A DNA stretch of 49,324 nucleotides from a bacterium (GCA_029557815.1 JAKQHX010000025.1:1-49324); one strand, 5' to 3'. Counted from the stretch's first letter, positions 8,546 to 18,531 are shown. Numbers and translations: made by a program. The notes: generated by a model not told the origin, from the letters alone.

Positions 8546-10360
8546 ATGAGCGTTTTATCGGCAGAAGCCCAAAAGCAAGTCGAAGAAAGATTAGTTGCCG
8601 AGAAACTCATAAGCTCGGCAGAGCTTGCAGATATCAAAAAAAAAGCAGAAGCTGAAAACAAGCCCTTCATGGGTATGCTGATAGCAGATAGTAAGGTTAC
8701 TAACGAGCAGCTTACCCGAACGATAGCACATGTGACGAATGTGCCCTACGTCAACCTGACCAATGCCCAGATTGACCAAGAGATACTAGCACTTCTACCC
8801 AAAGAAATTGCCGAACGATACATGGCTGTACCATTAGGTGAAATGCAGCGCCGCTTGGTAGTGGCAATGCTTGATGCAGGTAACGTGCAGGCAGTGGACT
8901 TTTTGGCCAACAAAATTGGTCGCCCGCTCAAGGTATACTCTGCGAGTGAAGAGGGTATTCGTAGTGTTATCAAACAATACGAAGGCGCGAGCCTTGGTAA
9001 GGAGATGGAGGCTGCCCTTGGCGCTCAGCAGCAGCAAGACCAGCAGGTTCAAGATGAAGAGGCTGCAACTAAGAAGACAAAAGGCAAGCAGGACAACAAA
9101 ATTCAGACAATTGTCCAGGATTCGCCTATCAGTAAAGCGCTATCGACCATCCTGGACTATGCAGCCAAGAACCGTGCTAGCGACATCCATATTGAGCCCT
9201 TGGAGCATGAGCTCAAGATACGTTGCCGGATTGATGGGGTACTTCGCGAAATCATGAAGTTACCCAAAAGTACTGAGCCGCCTCTGGTTTCACGTATCAA
9301 GATTCTCGCTAACCTAAAGATTGACGAACATCGTATCCCGCAGGATGGCCAGTTTACGATACATTCTGGGGATAAGGACATTGACCTGCGTATCGCTATT
9401 TCTCCTGTTGTATGGGGGGAACAGGTGGTCATTCGTCTGCTCGACAAGTCTGGTACAACCTTGAAGCTCGAGGACATGGGTTACAAAGGCCGGGCCCTGC
9501 GAGCAATTCGTGAAGGCATTAAGTCATCTAACGGGATGGTCCTTACTTCCGGCCCGACCGGTTCGGGTAAGTCGACCTCTATGTACGCGCTCATCCAGGA
9601 GATAAAAAGTGACGGCATCAATATCGTCACGCTTGAAGACCCGGTGGAGTACAAGGTGGGTGGAGTCAATCAAATCCAAGTAAATGCAGATGTTGGACTG
9701 ACGTTTGCTGCCGGTCTACGGTCTATCTTGCGTCAAGACCCGGATGTTGTGATGGTCGGAGAAATCCGCGACAAAGAAACCGCACAGCTAGCTGTGCAGG
9801 CGGCCCTGACAGGACACCTTGTGTTTAGTACGCTTCATACCAACTCAGCAGCTGGTATTTTGCCGCGTCTGCTTGACATGGGTATCGAGCCGTTCCTGAT
9901 AGCTAGTACGGTACGGACGGTCATTGGACAGCGACTGGTGCGTAGAATCAGCGAAGAAGGAAAGCAAAGTTATCAATCTGATGCCGCAGAAACAGAGGCC
10001 CTGCACGAAGTACTGGGCAAGTTGCTGCCTGAGAAAGACGCCGAGATGGCAGCGGTCGCGCAGGATCTTGGCTATGAAAGCTTGCCTCTGAAGGGGCAAA
10101 ACGCTTATACTTTGTTCAAGGGCATGGATAGCCCTGCCTCTCCAGGGGGATATAAGGGTCGTATGGGGTTATATGAAGTATTCCCCGTATCTGACGCCAT
10201 CAAGGCGCTCATCCTGAAGCGAGCAACTAGTTCGGAAATCCAGAAGGTTGCAGAAGCCGAGGGGATGGTAAGCATGAGAGAAGACGGCTATCTGAAAGCC
10301 TTAGCAGGCTATACGACATTATCAGAGGTAAACCGCGTAGCGGCAGCCGACAACGCATAA
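8546..10360 (+). CDS. pilB: Type IV pilus assembly (extension) ATPase PilB / GspE family
   Basis: N-terminal T2SSE_N-like domain, Walker A GPTGSGKST, RQDPDVVMVGEIRD, and the tetracysteine-less C-terminal domain typical of PilB. Confidence 0.93.
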   Translation: MSVLSAEAQKQVEERLVAEKLISSAELADIKKKAEAENKPFMGMLIADSKVTNEQLTRTIAHVTNVPYVNLTNAQIDQEILALLPKEIAERYMAVPLGEMQRRLVVAMLDAGNVQAVDFLANKIGRPLKVYSASEEGIRSVIKQYEGASLGKEMEAALGAQQQQDQQVQDEEAATKKTKGKQDNKIQTIVQDSPISKALSTILDYAAKNRASDIHIEPLEHELKIRCRIDGVLREIMKLPKSTEPPLVSRIKILANLKIDEHRIPQDGQFTIHSGDKDIDLRIAISPVVWGEQVVIRLLDKSGTTLKLEDMGYKGRALRAIREGIKSSNGMVLTSGPTGSGKSTSMYALIQEIKSDGINIVTLEDPVEYKVGGVNQIQVNADVGLTFAAGLRSILRQDPDVVMVGEIRDKETAQLAVQAALTGHLVFSTLHTNSAAGILPRLLDMGIEPFLIASTVRTVIGQRLVRRISEEGKQSYQSDAAETEALHEVLGKLLPEKDAEMAAVAQDLGYESLPLKGQNAYTLFKGMDSPASPGGYKGRMGLYEVFPVSDAIKALILKRATSSEIQKVAEAEGMVSMREDGYLKALAGYTTLSEVNRVAAADNA

Positions 10361-10549
10361 AGAGCAAGAGGGGTGGGAATACAAAGATGGCAACGAGCAG
10401 GCATAACAGGAAAGCTTTCAGGAGCGAGAGTCATTGTGACGGACGCGGTTTGGCTGTTATTTTGAGGAGGCATAACTGTAGTTACGGTGACGAAAAAAAC
10501 GGTCAAAACGGGTCGTCAGAATGGCTCGTAGCGGAAAGGATGTCCTGAT

Positions 10550-11620
10550 ATGGCTGCTCAACAACCAAGAATAGAAATCCTCTTAGAGGAAGTCATCAAG
10601 AAAAAAGCGTCTGACCTTCATATTCAGGTAGGTTTGCCACCTATGCTACGTGTTGACGGCCAATTACTTGCTATTTCTGGTACAGAAGTACTCACAGAGG
10701 AAACCGTTGAGACGCTGATTTTTGCTATTCTGGATGAAGACCAGAAACAAATCTTGCTCAAGGACAAGGAGTTTGACTTTAGTTTTGCCTTTGGGGATCT
10801 GGGGCGCTTCCGTGTCAACGCCTTTCATGAACGGGGCAACCTGGCTGCTGCACTGCGCTTGATCCCGAACGAAATCCTTACCATCGAGCAGCTTGGTTTG
10901 CCGCCTGTGGTCAATAAGTTTGCGGAATATCCTCGGGGGCTCGTGCTTGTTACTGGACCAACCGGTTCCGGTAAGTCGACGACGCTTGCTGCGCTCCTAC
11001 ACAAAATCAATATGGAACGTGCCGCCCACGTCGTAACGATAGAGGACCCAATAGAGTTCACTCATACGTCACAGAAGTCGGTCATCGTGCAGCGCGAAGT
11101 TCACTACGATACGTATTCGTTCTCGGCAGCTCTCCGTTCTAGTTTGCGTCAAGACCCGGATGTTGTGCTCATCGGAGAAATGCGTGATCTAGAGACCATT
11201 GCAGCAGCTATCACCATTGCCGAAACCGGCCACTTGGTGTTCGCTACACTTCACACTAACTCGGCGGCACAGTCCATCGATCGTATGATAGATGTTTTCC
11301 CACCGCACCAGCAGCCGCAGGTACGGTCACAGCTTGCAAATATCCTGATGGCTATCTGCGCCCAACGTTTGGTACCGGCCATCGGCGGTGGTAGAATAGC
11401 GGCAGCAGAAATCTTGGTGGCTACGCCAGCAGTGCGCAATATCATCAGGGAAGGAAAGAGTCACCAGCTTGAGGCGGTCATTCAGACCGGAGCCGAGTTT
11501 GGTATGCAATCCATGGACAAGACACTGGTCAATCTGATTCATAACGGTACAGTTACATACGATGAAGCACGTATGATAGCGGTAGATATTGACGAATTAG
11601 ACAGGCTTATGAGAGGTTAA
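10550..11620 (+). CDS. pilT: Twitching motility (retraction) ATPase PilT
   Basis: 356 aa with ASDLHI, Walker A GPTGSGKSTT, RQDPDVVLIGEMRD, GHLVFATLHTNSA and the AIRNLIREGK-like motif (AVRNIIREGK). Confidence 0.93.
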   Translation: MAAQQPRIEILLEEVIKKKASDLHIQVGLPPMLRVDGQLLAISGTEVLTEETVETLIFAILDEDQKQILLKDKEFDFSFAFGDLGRFRVNAFHERGNLAAALRLIPNEILTIEQLGLPPVVNKFAEYPRGLVLVTGPTGSGKSTTLAALLHKINMERAAHVVTIEDPIEFTHTSQKSVIVQREVHYDTYSFSAALRSSLRQDPDVVLIGEMRDLETIAAAITIAETGHLVFATLHTNSAAQSIDRMIDVFPPHQQPQVRSQLANILMAICAQRLVPAIGGGRIAAAEILVATPAVRNIIREGKSHQLEAVIQTGAEFGMQSMDKTLVNLIHNGTVTYDEARMIAVDIDELDRLMRG

Positions 11621-11716
11621 GACCACCAGAGCAATGAAAAAAGAGCGAATACAAAGAGTACTGGGGCGAGAAACGGCTATTGCAGCCCGTGCGTATGATG
11701 TAGGGGGATCTTTGTC

Positions 11717-12940
11717 ATGTTGACGTATAAATATACTGCCCGCGATGCGGCTACAGGGAAGAAGATTACCGCAGAGGTCCAAGCTGCAAGTGAACAAGCA
11801 GCCGCAAAGTTACTTCGTGACCAGGGCTTGTCACCGATTGAAATTACACCCTTGAGCAGTGGTGGCAGTAATCCTATATCCCGGTTCAAGAACCGTATAA
11901 AGATAAAAGACAAGATTCTATTTTCCCGTCAGTTATCTACGCTGATAAACGCCGGCTTGCCGTTGGTCCAATCACTTCGCACGGTGGGTGGACAGACACA
12001 GAACAAGGCGCTCAAGATAGTCATTCAGGATGTTATTACGGACGTGGAGTCTGGTTCGGCGCTTTCTGTCGCCCTAGGGAAACATCCTACCGTGTTCAAT
12101 GAGATATACATTAGCCTTATCGCTGCCGGCGAAGCATCCGGTACGCTTGATAAATCACTGGAACGCCTCGCGAACCAGCAGGAAAAAGACGCTGAAATAC
12201 TCAGCAAGGTCAAAGGAGCTATGGTATACCCGGTTATCGTGCTGGTGGTAATGGGCCTTGTTATCGGATTTATGCTTATCAAGGTTATGCCGCAAGTGGA
12301 GCAATTGTACGAGGGTATGGGTGGTGGTGCTCAGTTGCCAATCGTAACCCGCATATTATTGTCCGTGTCTGATTTGCTCATCAAATTCTGGTATGTGGTT
12401 TTGATCGCAATGGGTTTGATGGCCTTCTTCGTCTCGCGCTGGGCGCGGACGTTTGGTGGTAAGCGTTATATAGACAGGTTCAAGATGCGTACACCGCCGC
12501 TGTCGAGCTTATTTATGAAGATGTACATGGCGCGTTTTGCCCGCACGGGTACAACGTTGGTTGCCAGTGGTGTACCGCTTATCCAGGTGCTGGAGATAAC
12601 ATCCAAGAGTATAAATAACGTTCATCTCGAAGACTCGATTAAAAGAGCCACTGAGAAGGTCAAAGGAGGTAAGGCTCTCTCCGAATCGATAGTCAACGAT
12701 CCTAACTTTTTGCCCTTGGTACCAGATATGCTGCGCATAGGTGAACAGTCCGGCTCTATAGAGCAGATGATGGAGAAGACGGCTGACTACTATGAAAAAG
12801 AAGTGGACAATGAGATTAAGGCCATATCAACCATTATCGAACCGATGTTGATGGTACTGCTCGGAATCGTGGCATTCGTAATCGTAGCAGCCGTACTGCT
12901 GCCGATTTATAGCCTGGCTGGCCAGGGTATCAGCGTCTAA
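11717..12940 (+). CDS. pilC: Type IV pilus platform protein PilC (T2SSF family, two repeats)
   Basis: 407 aa with a duplicated T2SSF domain pattern (FSRQLSTLINAGLPL... and FARTGTTLVASGVPL...) and three TM regions. Confidence 0.9.
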   Translation: MLTYKYTARDAATGKKITAEVQAASEQAAAKLLRDQGLSPIEITPLSSGGSNPISRFKNRIKIKDKILFSRQLSTLINAGLPLVQSLRTVGGQTQNKALKIVIQDVITDVESGSALSVALGKHPTVFNEIYISLIAAGEASGTLDKSLERLANQQEKDAEILSKVKGAMVYPVIVLVVMGLVIGFMLIKVMPQVEQLYEGMGGGAQLPIVTRILLSVSDLLIKFWYVVLIAMGLMAFFVSRWARTFGGKRYIDRFKMRTPPLSSLFMKMYMARFARTGTTLVASGVPLIQVLEITSKSINNVHLEDSIKRATEKVKGGKALSESIVNDPNFLPLVPDMLRIGEQSGSIEQMMEKTADYYEKEVDNEIKAISTIIEPMLMVLLGIVAFVIVAAVLLPIYSLAGQGISV

Positions 12941-12994
12941 CTACCAGGTATCCCCAGGTTATACACAATCGAGATATATGACAAAAGAAAACGC

Positions 12995-13023
12995 TTGTGT
13001 TTTTTGCCGCTTATGATTATTAT
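12995..13023 (+). promoter_or_regulatory. Candidate sigma70-type promoter of the major pilin gene
   Basis: TTGTGT (12995-13000), 17 nt spacer, TATTAT (13018-13023). The RBS AGGGGGG lies about 10 nt before ATG 13072. Confidence 0.45.
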
Positions 13024-13071
13024 TCATCCATGAGTAACAATAAAATAGTGTCTTAGGGGGGCTCTAACGCT

Positions 13072-13524
13072 ATGTATCAAAATCTAAAAAAGAAAACAGA
13101 AGGCTTCACTATCATCGAAGTCCTGATCGTCTTGGCTATCGCCGGACTGATCATGCTGATCGTATTCCTGGCAGTACCTGCCTTGCAACGAAACAGCCGT
13201 AATAATGCACGGACGCAGTCAGCTTCCAAGATAGCGGCGGCAATGACGGATTGTCTGTCAAACCGCAACTATGTATTTGCATCTTGTGATAGCGCAGCTG
13301 AACTAAGTAACCCGGTAGGTACTGGTGATGCACTATCCACGGTGAGCTTCGGTGGTGCTGCTTACTCACAAACAGATGCACGTGTCGTAAACGGTGGTAA
13401 CGTGGTTTGTAATGCCGATGGTAGCGCACCACAAGCAGGTGGTGGTCCACGCTCATTCGTCGTTACCTTCCAGCTTGAAGGTGCCGGCGGCGGTACCGGT
13501 CCGAACCGTTGTGTAGGCGCATAG
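13072..13524 (+). CDS. pilA: Major type IV pilin (class III signal peptide)
   Basis: MYQNLKKKTEG|FTIIEVLIVLAIAGLIMLIVF has the canonical G/F cleavage site and Glu5. There are four Cys in the globular part. A strong terminator follows. Confidence 0.85.
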   Translation: MYQNLKKKTEGFTIIEVLIVLAIAGLIMLIVFLAVPALQRNSRNNARTQSASKIAAAMTDCLSNRNYVFASCDSAAELSNPVGTGDALSTVSFGGAAYSQTDARVVNGGNVVCNADGSAPQAGGGPRSFVVTFQLEGAGGGTGPNRCVGA

Positions 13525-13548
13525 TCATAGACCAACCTGCATAAACCT

Positions 13549-13585
13549 AAAACAGTATCGGTGGATAACCGATACTGTTTTTGTA
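13549..13585 (+). terminator. Intrinsic terminator after the pilin gene
   Basis: Perfect 13-bp stem aaaacagtatcgg / ccgatactgtttt with loop tggataa, followed by a T-run. Confidence 0.8.
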
Positions 13586-13599
13586 TATACTAGTACGTA

Positions 13600-14427
13600 A
13601 TGAATATTCTTATACTTATAGCGTTCGGCCTGTGCTTTGGTAGTTTTGTGAATGCGTTTGTTTGGCGTCTACACGAGCTTGAGACAAAGAAAAGGCTAAC
13701 GAGCAACCAAAAGAAAGTTCTATCGCCACTATATGGCCGATCTATGTGTGTTCACTGTAAGCACGAGCTAGCCTGGCATGACTTGCTGCCAGTCGTGAGT
13801 TGGCTATCGCTTGGGGGCAAGTGCCGTTATTGCGGCAAACCTATCAGCTGGCAGTACCCGGTCGTAGAACTCCTGACGGCTGGGTTATTTGTGTTGTCTT
13901 ATGCTACCTGGCCGTATGGTTTTGAGCCGGCAAGCGTAGCACTCTTCACACTCTGGCTAGTGTTCTTGGTCGGGTTTATGGCATTGGCAGCCTATGACAT
14001 CCGCTGGATGCTTCTACCGAACAGAATCGTTTATCCGCTGATTGGTCTTGCTGTACTGCAGGTAGTCATTAGGATATTGTTGACCGGAGACATCGCCGGT
14101 ACTGTTAGCGGTGCGCTTTTGGGCTTCCTGGCCATCGGAGGATTGTTTTACGTGCTGTTTCAGGTCTCTGGCGGCAAATGGATGGGAGGTGGCGATGTGA
14201 AGCTGGCGTTCATGATTGGTCCGCTCGTAGGCTCGGGAGCACTCAGTTTAATGGTGATCTTTTTCGCCTCGCTATTGGGCACGTTAGTCTCGTTGCCGTT
14301 CCTAGCAAAAAAATCTATAAAGGCAAACGACAGGATTCCATTCGGGCCATTTCTGATTACCGCAACAATACTTGTGTACCTGTATGGTGGCCGTATCTTG
14401 GAATGGTATACCCAAGGGTTACTTTGA
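13600..14427 (+). CDS. pilD: Prepilin peptidase / N-methyltransferase PilD (peptidase A24)
   Basis: N-terminal CxxC...CxxC zinc cluster (CVHCKH...CRYCGK), multiple TMs and the GGGDVKL active-site motif. Confidence 0.9.
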   Translation: MNILILIAFGLCFGSFVNAFVWRLHELETKKRLTSNQKKVLSPLYGRSMCVHCKHELAWHDLLPVVSWLSLGGKCRYCGKPISWQYPVVELLTAGLFVLSYATWPYGFEPASVALFTLWLVFLVGFMALAAYDIRWMLLPNRIVYPLIGLAVLQVVIRILLTGDIAGTVSGALLGFLAIGGLFYVLFQVSGGKWMGGGDVKLAFMIGPLVGSGALSLMVIFFASLLGTLVSLPFLAKKSIKANDRIPFGPFLITATILVYLYGGRILEWYTQGLL

Positions 14428-14493
14428 GGGTTCCTCTTATTCCTGGGGATAAATAGCTGTCAGATTTACTGCTTATGCTATATACTTGAGAGC

Positions 14494-15387
14494 ATGAAAG
14501 GCCGGGGGAGCCACGCCAATACCCATACTGATACCCCTGTTACTAAAAACAGGGTTCTGAGAATTTTGCGCACTTCAAGCACAGGTTACACTATTACAGA
14601 GGTAATGATATTCTTGGCTGTGACGACGGGTATTTTTGTTATGGTGGCAAGCACGTTCAGCCAACGCCAGCGAAACACCGAATTTAACACCGCTGCGCGG
14701 GAAATAGAATCCCAGGTTCAGGATATTGCAAATGACATCACCACTGGCTTCTATAGCAGCACAGAAGGCTTCAGGTGTACTACCACTGGGCCTCTTAGTG
14801 ATAGGGTGCCCAATATCACACCGGCGCCTCCAGGAGGCGGCCAGCAAGGGACGAGCCAGGATTGTATACTGGTGGGACGTGCGATACATTTCGTAGGAGC
14901 TTCGGCTGGTGAGTCATACAACGTCTACTCAGTTGCCGGTGCGCGTAGGACGTCGGTTTCTTCTGATGAACGGAACGTCGAGAATTATAACGAGGCAAAC
15001 CCGAGGGCTATAACAGCCGCCGGCATGGTAGAAACAAAGCAGGTTCCAAGGGGGCTTACCATTAGGGGTATGCGCATTGGCGGTGGAGGTGGGACGGTAA
15101 TTAATGGTGTAGGATTTTTCACGACGTTTGGGGCGGCTGCCTCTGCGAATCCAACGGCGCTGAGCGTGAACCTGGTTCCCCTCACTGGTAGTACTTCCGC
15201 CAATATGGAATCAGCTATTAACTCGGTTTCAGATGCTACGCCAATAAATCCGGCCGGAGGTGTTGTAGTCTGTATGGATGACGCAGGTACAAATCAACGG
15301 GCCTTGCTCAGGATTGGTACCCAAAATAGCCGGTTGACTACAGAGGTGGTAATGGAGAGTGGGACATGCGCAGCGGCAGGCTTCTAA
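14494..15387 (+). CDS. Pilin-like (minor pilin) protein with atypical prepilin site
   Basis: The long leader ends ...TSSTG|YTITEVMIFLAVTTGIFVMV. Glu5 is present, and +1 is Tyr rather than Phe. Confidence 0.7.
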   Translation: MKGRGSHANTHTDTPVTKNRVLRILRTSSTGYTITEVMIFLAVTTGIFVMVASTFSQRQRNTEFNTAAREIESQVQDIANDITTGFYSSTEGFRCTTTGPLSDRVPNITPAPPGGGQQGTSQDCILVGRAIHFVGASAGESYNVYSVAGARRTSVSSDERNVENYNEANPRAITAAGMVETKQVPRGLTIRGMRIGGGGGTVINGVGFFTTFGAAASANPTALSVNLVPLTGSTSANMESAINSVSDATPINPAGGVVVCMDDAGTNQRALLRIGTQNSRLTTEVVMESGTCAAAGF

Positions 15388-15803
15388 GGCGGTTGGGTGA
15401 AGGCGGCGATACTATCGTTGAAGTACTGTTGGCGATTGCAGTGGTGTCAGCGGTTTTGGGCGGTGCTTTCGTGTCCGCTAATAGGTCACTTAACGGTACC
15501 CGCGTATCTCAGGAGCGTTCAGAGGCAACCAAGCTAGTCCAGAGCCAAGCCGAGCTGTTGAGTGCAGCAACCAAAGACCCCGCTGCGTCGGCTGATATCT
15601 TTGCTAACGTGGGAGTTGGCAATACCTTCTTTCTGAACAACAACCTAAGTCGAGGTGGCGCCAGCACTACCAGAGGCATTTATACTATTTTGATCCGTCG
15701 CGAAGCTCCGAACACCTTTTTGGTCAGAGCACAGTGGCAAAAGACAGGAAGCGGCACAGCAGAAGAGATGTTCATAAGGTATAGGGCATATCCAAACCCA
15801 TGA
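15366..15803 (+). CDS. Pilin-like (minor pilin) protein with atypical prepilin site
   Basis: MRSGRLLRRLGEGG|DTIVEVLLAIAVVSAVLGG has Glu5 present and +1 Asp. It overlaps the previous gene by 22 nt. Confidence 0.6.
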   Translation: MRSGRLLRRLGEGGDTIVEVLLAIAVVSAVLGGAFVSANRSLNGTRVSQERSEATKLVQSQAELLSAATKDPAASADIFANVGVGNTFFLNNNLSRGGASTTRGIYTILIRREAPNTFLVRAQWQKTGSGTAEEMFIRYRAYPNP

Positions 15804-16423
15804 GGCAACACAAACGTATCAACCAAAAACAAAAAGGTTTTACCTTGGTAGAACTTATGATAGCCAGTGCTGTTTTCGCGACAGTACTGTTGCTATGTAC
15901 CTATGGACTCCTGGAGATAGGTCGGTCCTACTATAAAGGTGCCACGATTAGCCGGACCCAGGAGACTGCCCGATTAATTACGGATGATGTGGTCGAAGCG
16001 GTTCAGTTTACTGGCGGTGGAGTTTTTGGAAATGAGGCAGCTGGATGGCATTGTATTGGCAACAAGCGCTATAGTTTTACGCGCAATGTGCAGCGAAGGG
16101 ATACCGCGCCTGTGAGGCCCCATGTACTAATGTCCGAAACAGTCCCCGCATGCAGCGGCACAAGCGGCAAGAACGGGTCAGTCGATACAGGTACACTCAC
16201 CGGAACGGATGCGAAAGAGCTCATGAACATGAGAATGCGGCTTACGAGGTTCTCTATTACACCACTAAATAACGACCTATATGAAATTACAATCAGAGTT
16301 GTAAGCGGGGATGATGACATGTTAGAAACGATTAGTGGTGAGACAGTATGTCGCAATGACAGGATTCTTTCACAGTTCTGTGCGGTGTCTCAACTAACAA
16401 CAATTGCACGAAAGAGGGTGTAG
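15800..16423 (+). CDS. Pilin-like (minor pilin) protein
   Basis: MRQHKRINQKQKG|FTLVELMIASAVFATVLLL is a canonical class III signal. The gene overlaps its upstream neighbour by 4 nt. Confidence 0.75.
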   Translation: MRQHKRINQKQKGFTLVELMIASAVFATVLLLCTYGLLEIGRSYYKGATISRTQETARLITDDVVEAVQFTGGGVFGNEAAGWHCIGNKRYSFTRNVQRRDTAPVRPHVLMSETVPACSGTSGKNGSVDTGTLTGTDAKELMNMRMRLTRFSITPLNNDLYEITIRVVSGDDDMLETISGETVCRNDRILSQFCAVSQLTTIARKRV

Positions 16424-16425
16424 GG

Positions 16426-17523
16426 ATGAGAAGACACACACAAAAGAGCAACATTACCCATGATCAGCAGGGACTTGTATCATTTATGGTCGTGACAGTG
16501 ATTATGGTCATAACAACCCTTATAGTCATGTCTTACGCCCGTGTTGTACGGCGCGAGCAAGTTCAGACGACCGATCGTCAACTAAATGTACAGGCATTAT
16601 ATGCAGCGGAGTCTGCGGTGAATGATGCTATGAATGCGCTAAATACGAATCCATCTTTAGTCACCGGCGGACCATACAATGATTGCGATGACTTCACCAC
16701 GGCGGCAGGTTTAACCTCGAACCTTGGCAACAATGTGGCTTACTCATGTTTGTTAGTTGATGCTTCGCCGACACGGCTGGAATACGATGGTATCAATACG
16801 AATGAATCGACTGTAATACCATTGGAAGCAGAAGACGGGGGGTCTATAGACAGGGTAGAGATCTCCTGGGACAGTGATGCGCCAGGAGACCCAAATCCGC
16901 TCGCCGGTTGTTATACCGTAACCAATACTTTGCCAGTAAACTGGCCTGCCACCTGCAGGGTTGGCATGCTTCGGTTTGAGCTGTTGCCGTTCGGTAGTGG
17001 AATGACAAGAGAGGCTATGATAACAGGGCAGGCAGTTGGTTTCCTGGTTCCATACCGTACGGGAGGATCTGGCGCAGGAGGCGTTGGGTTATTCCGGCAG
17101 ACACCATCAGCTTCCCAAAATAAGGGTGAAGTAGTAGGAGTACAATGTGACGACCCAACTGCCGGTACCCGTAGGTGCACGTTCGTCATTAGTGGTATAT
17201 CATCAAATCTGGCCTATCTGCGGCTCAAATCTATTTATCGGAATACGCCAGTAACAGTACGAATATTCAGAGGGGCAGCGCCTAGTCCGCTCGAAACCAC
17301 TGGAGCACAGGTCGAGATTGATGTGACGGGCCGTGTTGCCGGAGTAGTAAAGCGAATCAAGGTGAACCGTCAGGTACCAGCGCCTACTGCAAACAGGGAA
17401 CAAATTGCACCGGAGTTCGCGATCCAGTCACGAAACACCTTGTGTAAGCACTTTACTTTTAGGACTGGGCCAACAGTTATAGCGCCGCAGACATCAGGTG
17501 ACGAGTGTGACCCTCGGACCTAG
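16426..17523 (+). CDS. PilX-like / pilin-like large protein (N-terminal hydrophobic helix, no Glu5)
   Basis: ...HDQQG|LVSFMVVTVIMVITTLIVMSY followed by a 330-aa globular part. It is the last gene of the pilus operon. Confidence 0.55.
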   Translation: MRRHTQKSNITHDQQGLVSFMVVTVIMVITTLIVMSYARVVRREQVQTTDRQLNVQALYAAESAVNDAMNALNTNPSLVTGGPYNDCDDFTTAAGLTSNLGNNVAYSCLLVDASPTRLEYDGINTNESTVIPLEAEDGGSIDRVEISWDSDAPGDPNPLAGCYTVTNTLPVNWPATCRVGMLRFELLPFGSGMTREAMITGQAVGFLVPYRTGGSGAGGVGLFRQTPSASQNKGEVVGVQCDDPTAGTRRCTFVISGISSNLAYLRLKSIYRNTPVTVRIFRGAAPSPLETTGAQVEIDVTGRVAGVVKRIKVNRQVPAPTANREQIAPEFAIQSRNTLCKHFTFRTGPTVIAPQTSGDECDPRT

Positions 17524-17536
17524 CGCCACTTGAAGC

Positions 17537-18469
17537 CTAATCTTTGTTACGGTGGAATTTGTTGTGGATCTCTTTTAGATGGGGATCGGTGACATGTGTA
17601 TAAATCTGTGTGGTAGCTATATTGCTGTGACCGAGCATGGCTTGGACGGATCTCAGGTCAGCTCCGTTCATGAGTAAATCTGTCGCAAACGAGTGGCGCA
17701 GTGTATGGGGTGAAACCGGCTTGGTGATGCCAGCCAGCAAGGCGTTTTTGGCAACCATGCGTTGGACACTGCGGGCGGTTAGGCGATGATAATTACCTGT
17801 CAGGTCAACTTTTTTACTCCCGCTGTAGCGAATGAACAAAGGCCTCGTCGTGTCGGTTCGTTTGTCGAGGTATTTTTGTACCCAGTCGGCTGCCTCAGGA
17901 CTGATGAAGATAGGTCGGTCTTTTTGGCCTTTACCTCGTACCATGAATTCCCGTCGCTTGAGGTTAATGTGATCCTTGTCTAATCCAACGAGCTCAGAGA
18001 CGCGCAGTCCGGAAGAAAAAAGTAGTTCAAGGATTGCCCGGTCACGCAATCCGGGTAGGGTCTGAAGATCAGGCTGCGCAAATAATCGTTCCAGTTCTTC
18101 GGGCGACAGGAAAGTTACTTGCTTGCGCTTGGTCCGGGCAAGTTCAATCTTGTCGGCGGTAAGAGCGGGGATGTTACGTTTGGCACAGAACTTCAAAAAA
18201 CTGCGTAGTGCAATGAGGTGATAATTCATAGTTGTTTTGCTCAGTTCGTCGCTGGTGTTGGTGCCAAGCCGGTTCAGCCATAGGCGCCACTTGCGTATCA
18301 GTTCCGCATCTATGTCGCCTATGGTGATGTCACCGGCGAAGTCTATAAGCCGAGTCAAATAATGATCGTAATTGGCAATCGTTTTCTGCGAGCGGTTTTG
18401 CTCGATTTCCAGATATTCAAGAAAATCTGTTTTGGCTTTGGCGAATAGCATAAACACATTGTACGACAT
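17537..18469 (-). CDS. xerC: Tyrosine recombinase, XerC/XerD-like
   Basis: N-terminal SAM-like core-binding domain (FLEYLEIEQNRSQKTIANY). The catalytic region carries RGKGQKDR, HTLRHSFAT and GHSNIATTQIYTHV (R-H-R-Y pattern). Confidence 0.88.
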   Translation of the reverse strand: MSYNVFMLFAKAKTDFLEYLEIEQNRSQKTIANYDHYLTRLIDFAGDITIGDIDAELIRKWRLWLNRLGTNTSDELSKTTMNYHLIALRSFLKFCAKRNIPALTADKIELARTKRKQVTFLSPEELERLFAQPDLQTLPGLRDRAILELLFSSGLRVSELVGLDKDHINLKRREFMVRGKGQKDRPIFISPEAADWVQKYLDKRTDTTRPLFIRYSGSKKVDLTGNYHRLTARSVQRMVAKNALLAGITKPVSPHTLRHSFATDLLMNGADLRSVQAMLGHSNIATTQIYTHVTDPHLKEIHNKFHRNKD

Positions 18470-18531
18470 AAGTGCAGTGCGTTGATAACTTTGCTATACT
18501 GGTGAAAATACATAAAGAAGGATTATTTTAC

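Noticed and set aside
10361-10549. Short ORF (26 codons, ATG ~10387) and hairpins in the pilB-pilT spacer
   Set aside because: The ORF has no RBS, no recognisable peptide family and no terminator. I treat the region as an untranslated spacer, noted under the pilus finding.
9727-11169. 24-nt exact repeat ttgcgtcaagacccggatgttgtg shared by pilB (~9727) and pilT (~11145), plus similar Walker A stretches
   Set aside because: Both encode the conserved LRQDPDVV motif of paralogous secretion ATPases. Identity does not extend beyond the motif, so this is paralog conservation and not a repeat element or recombination tract.
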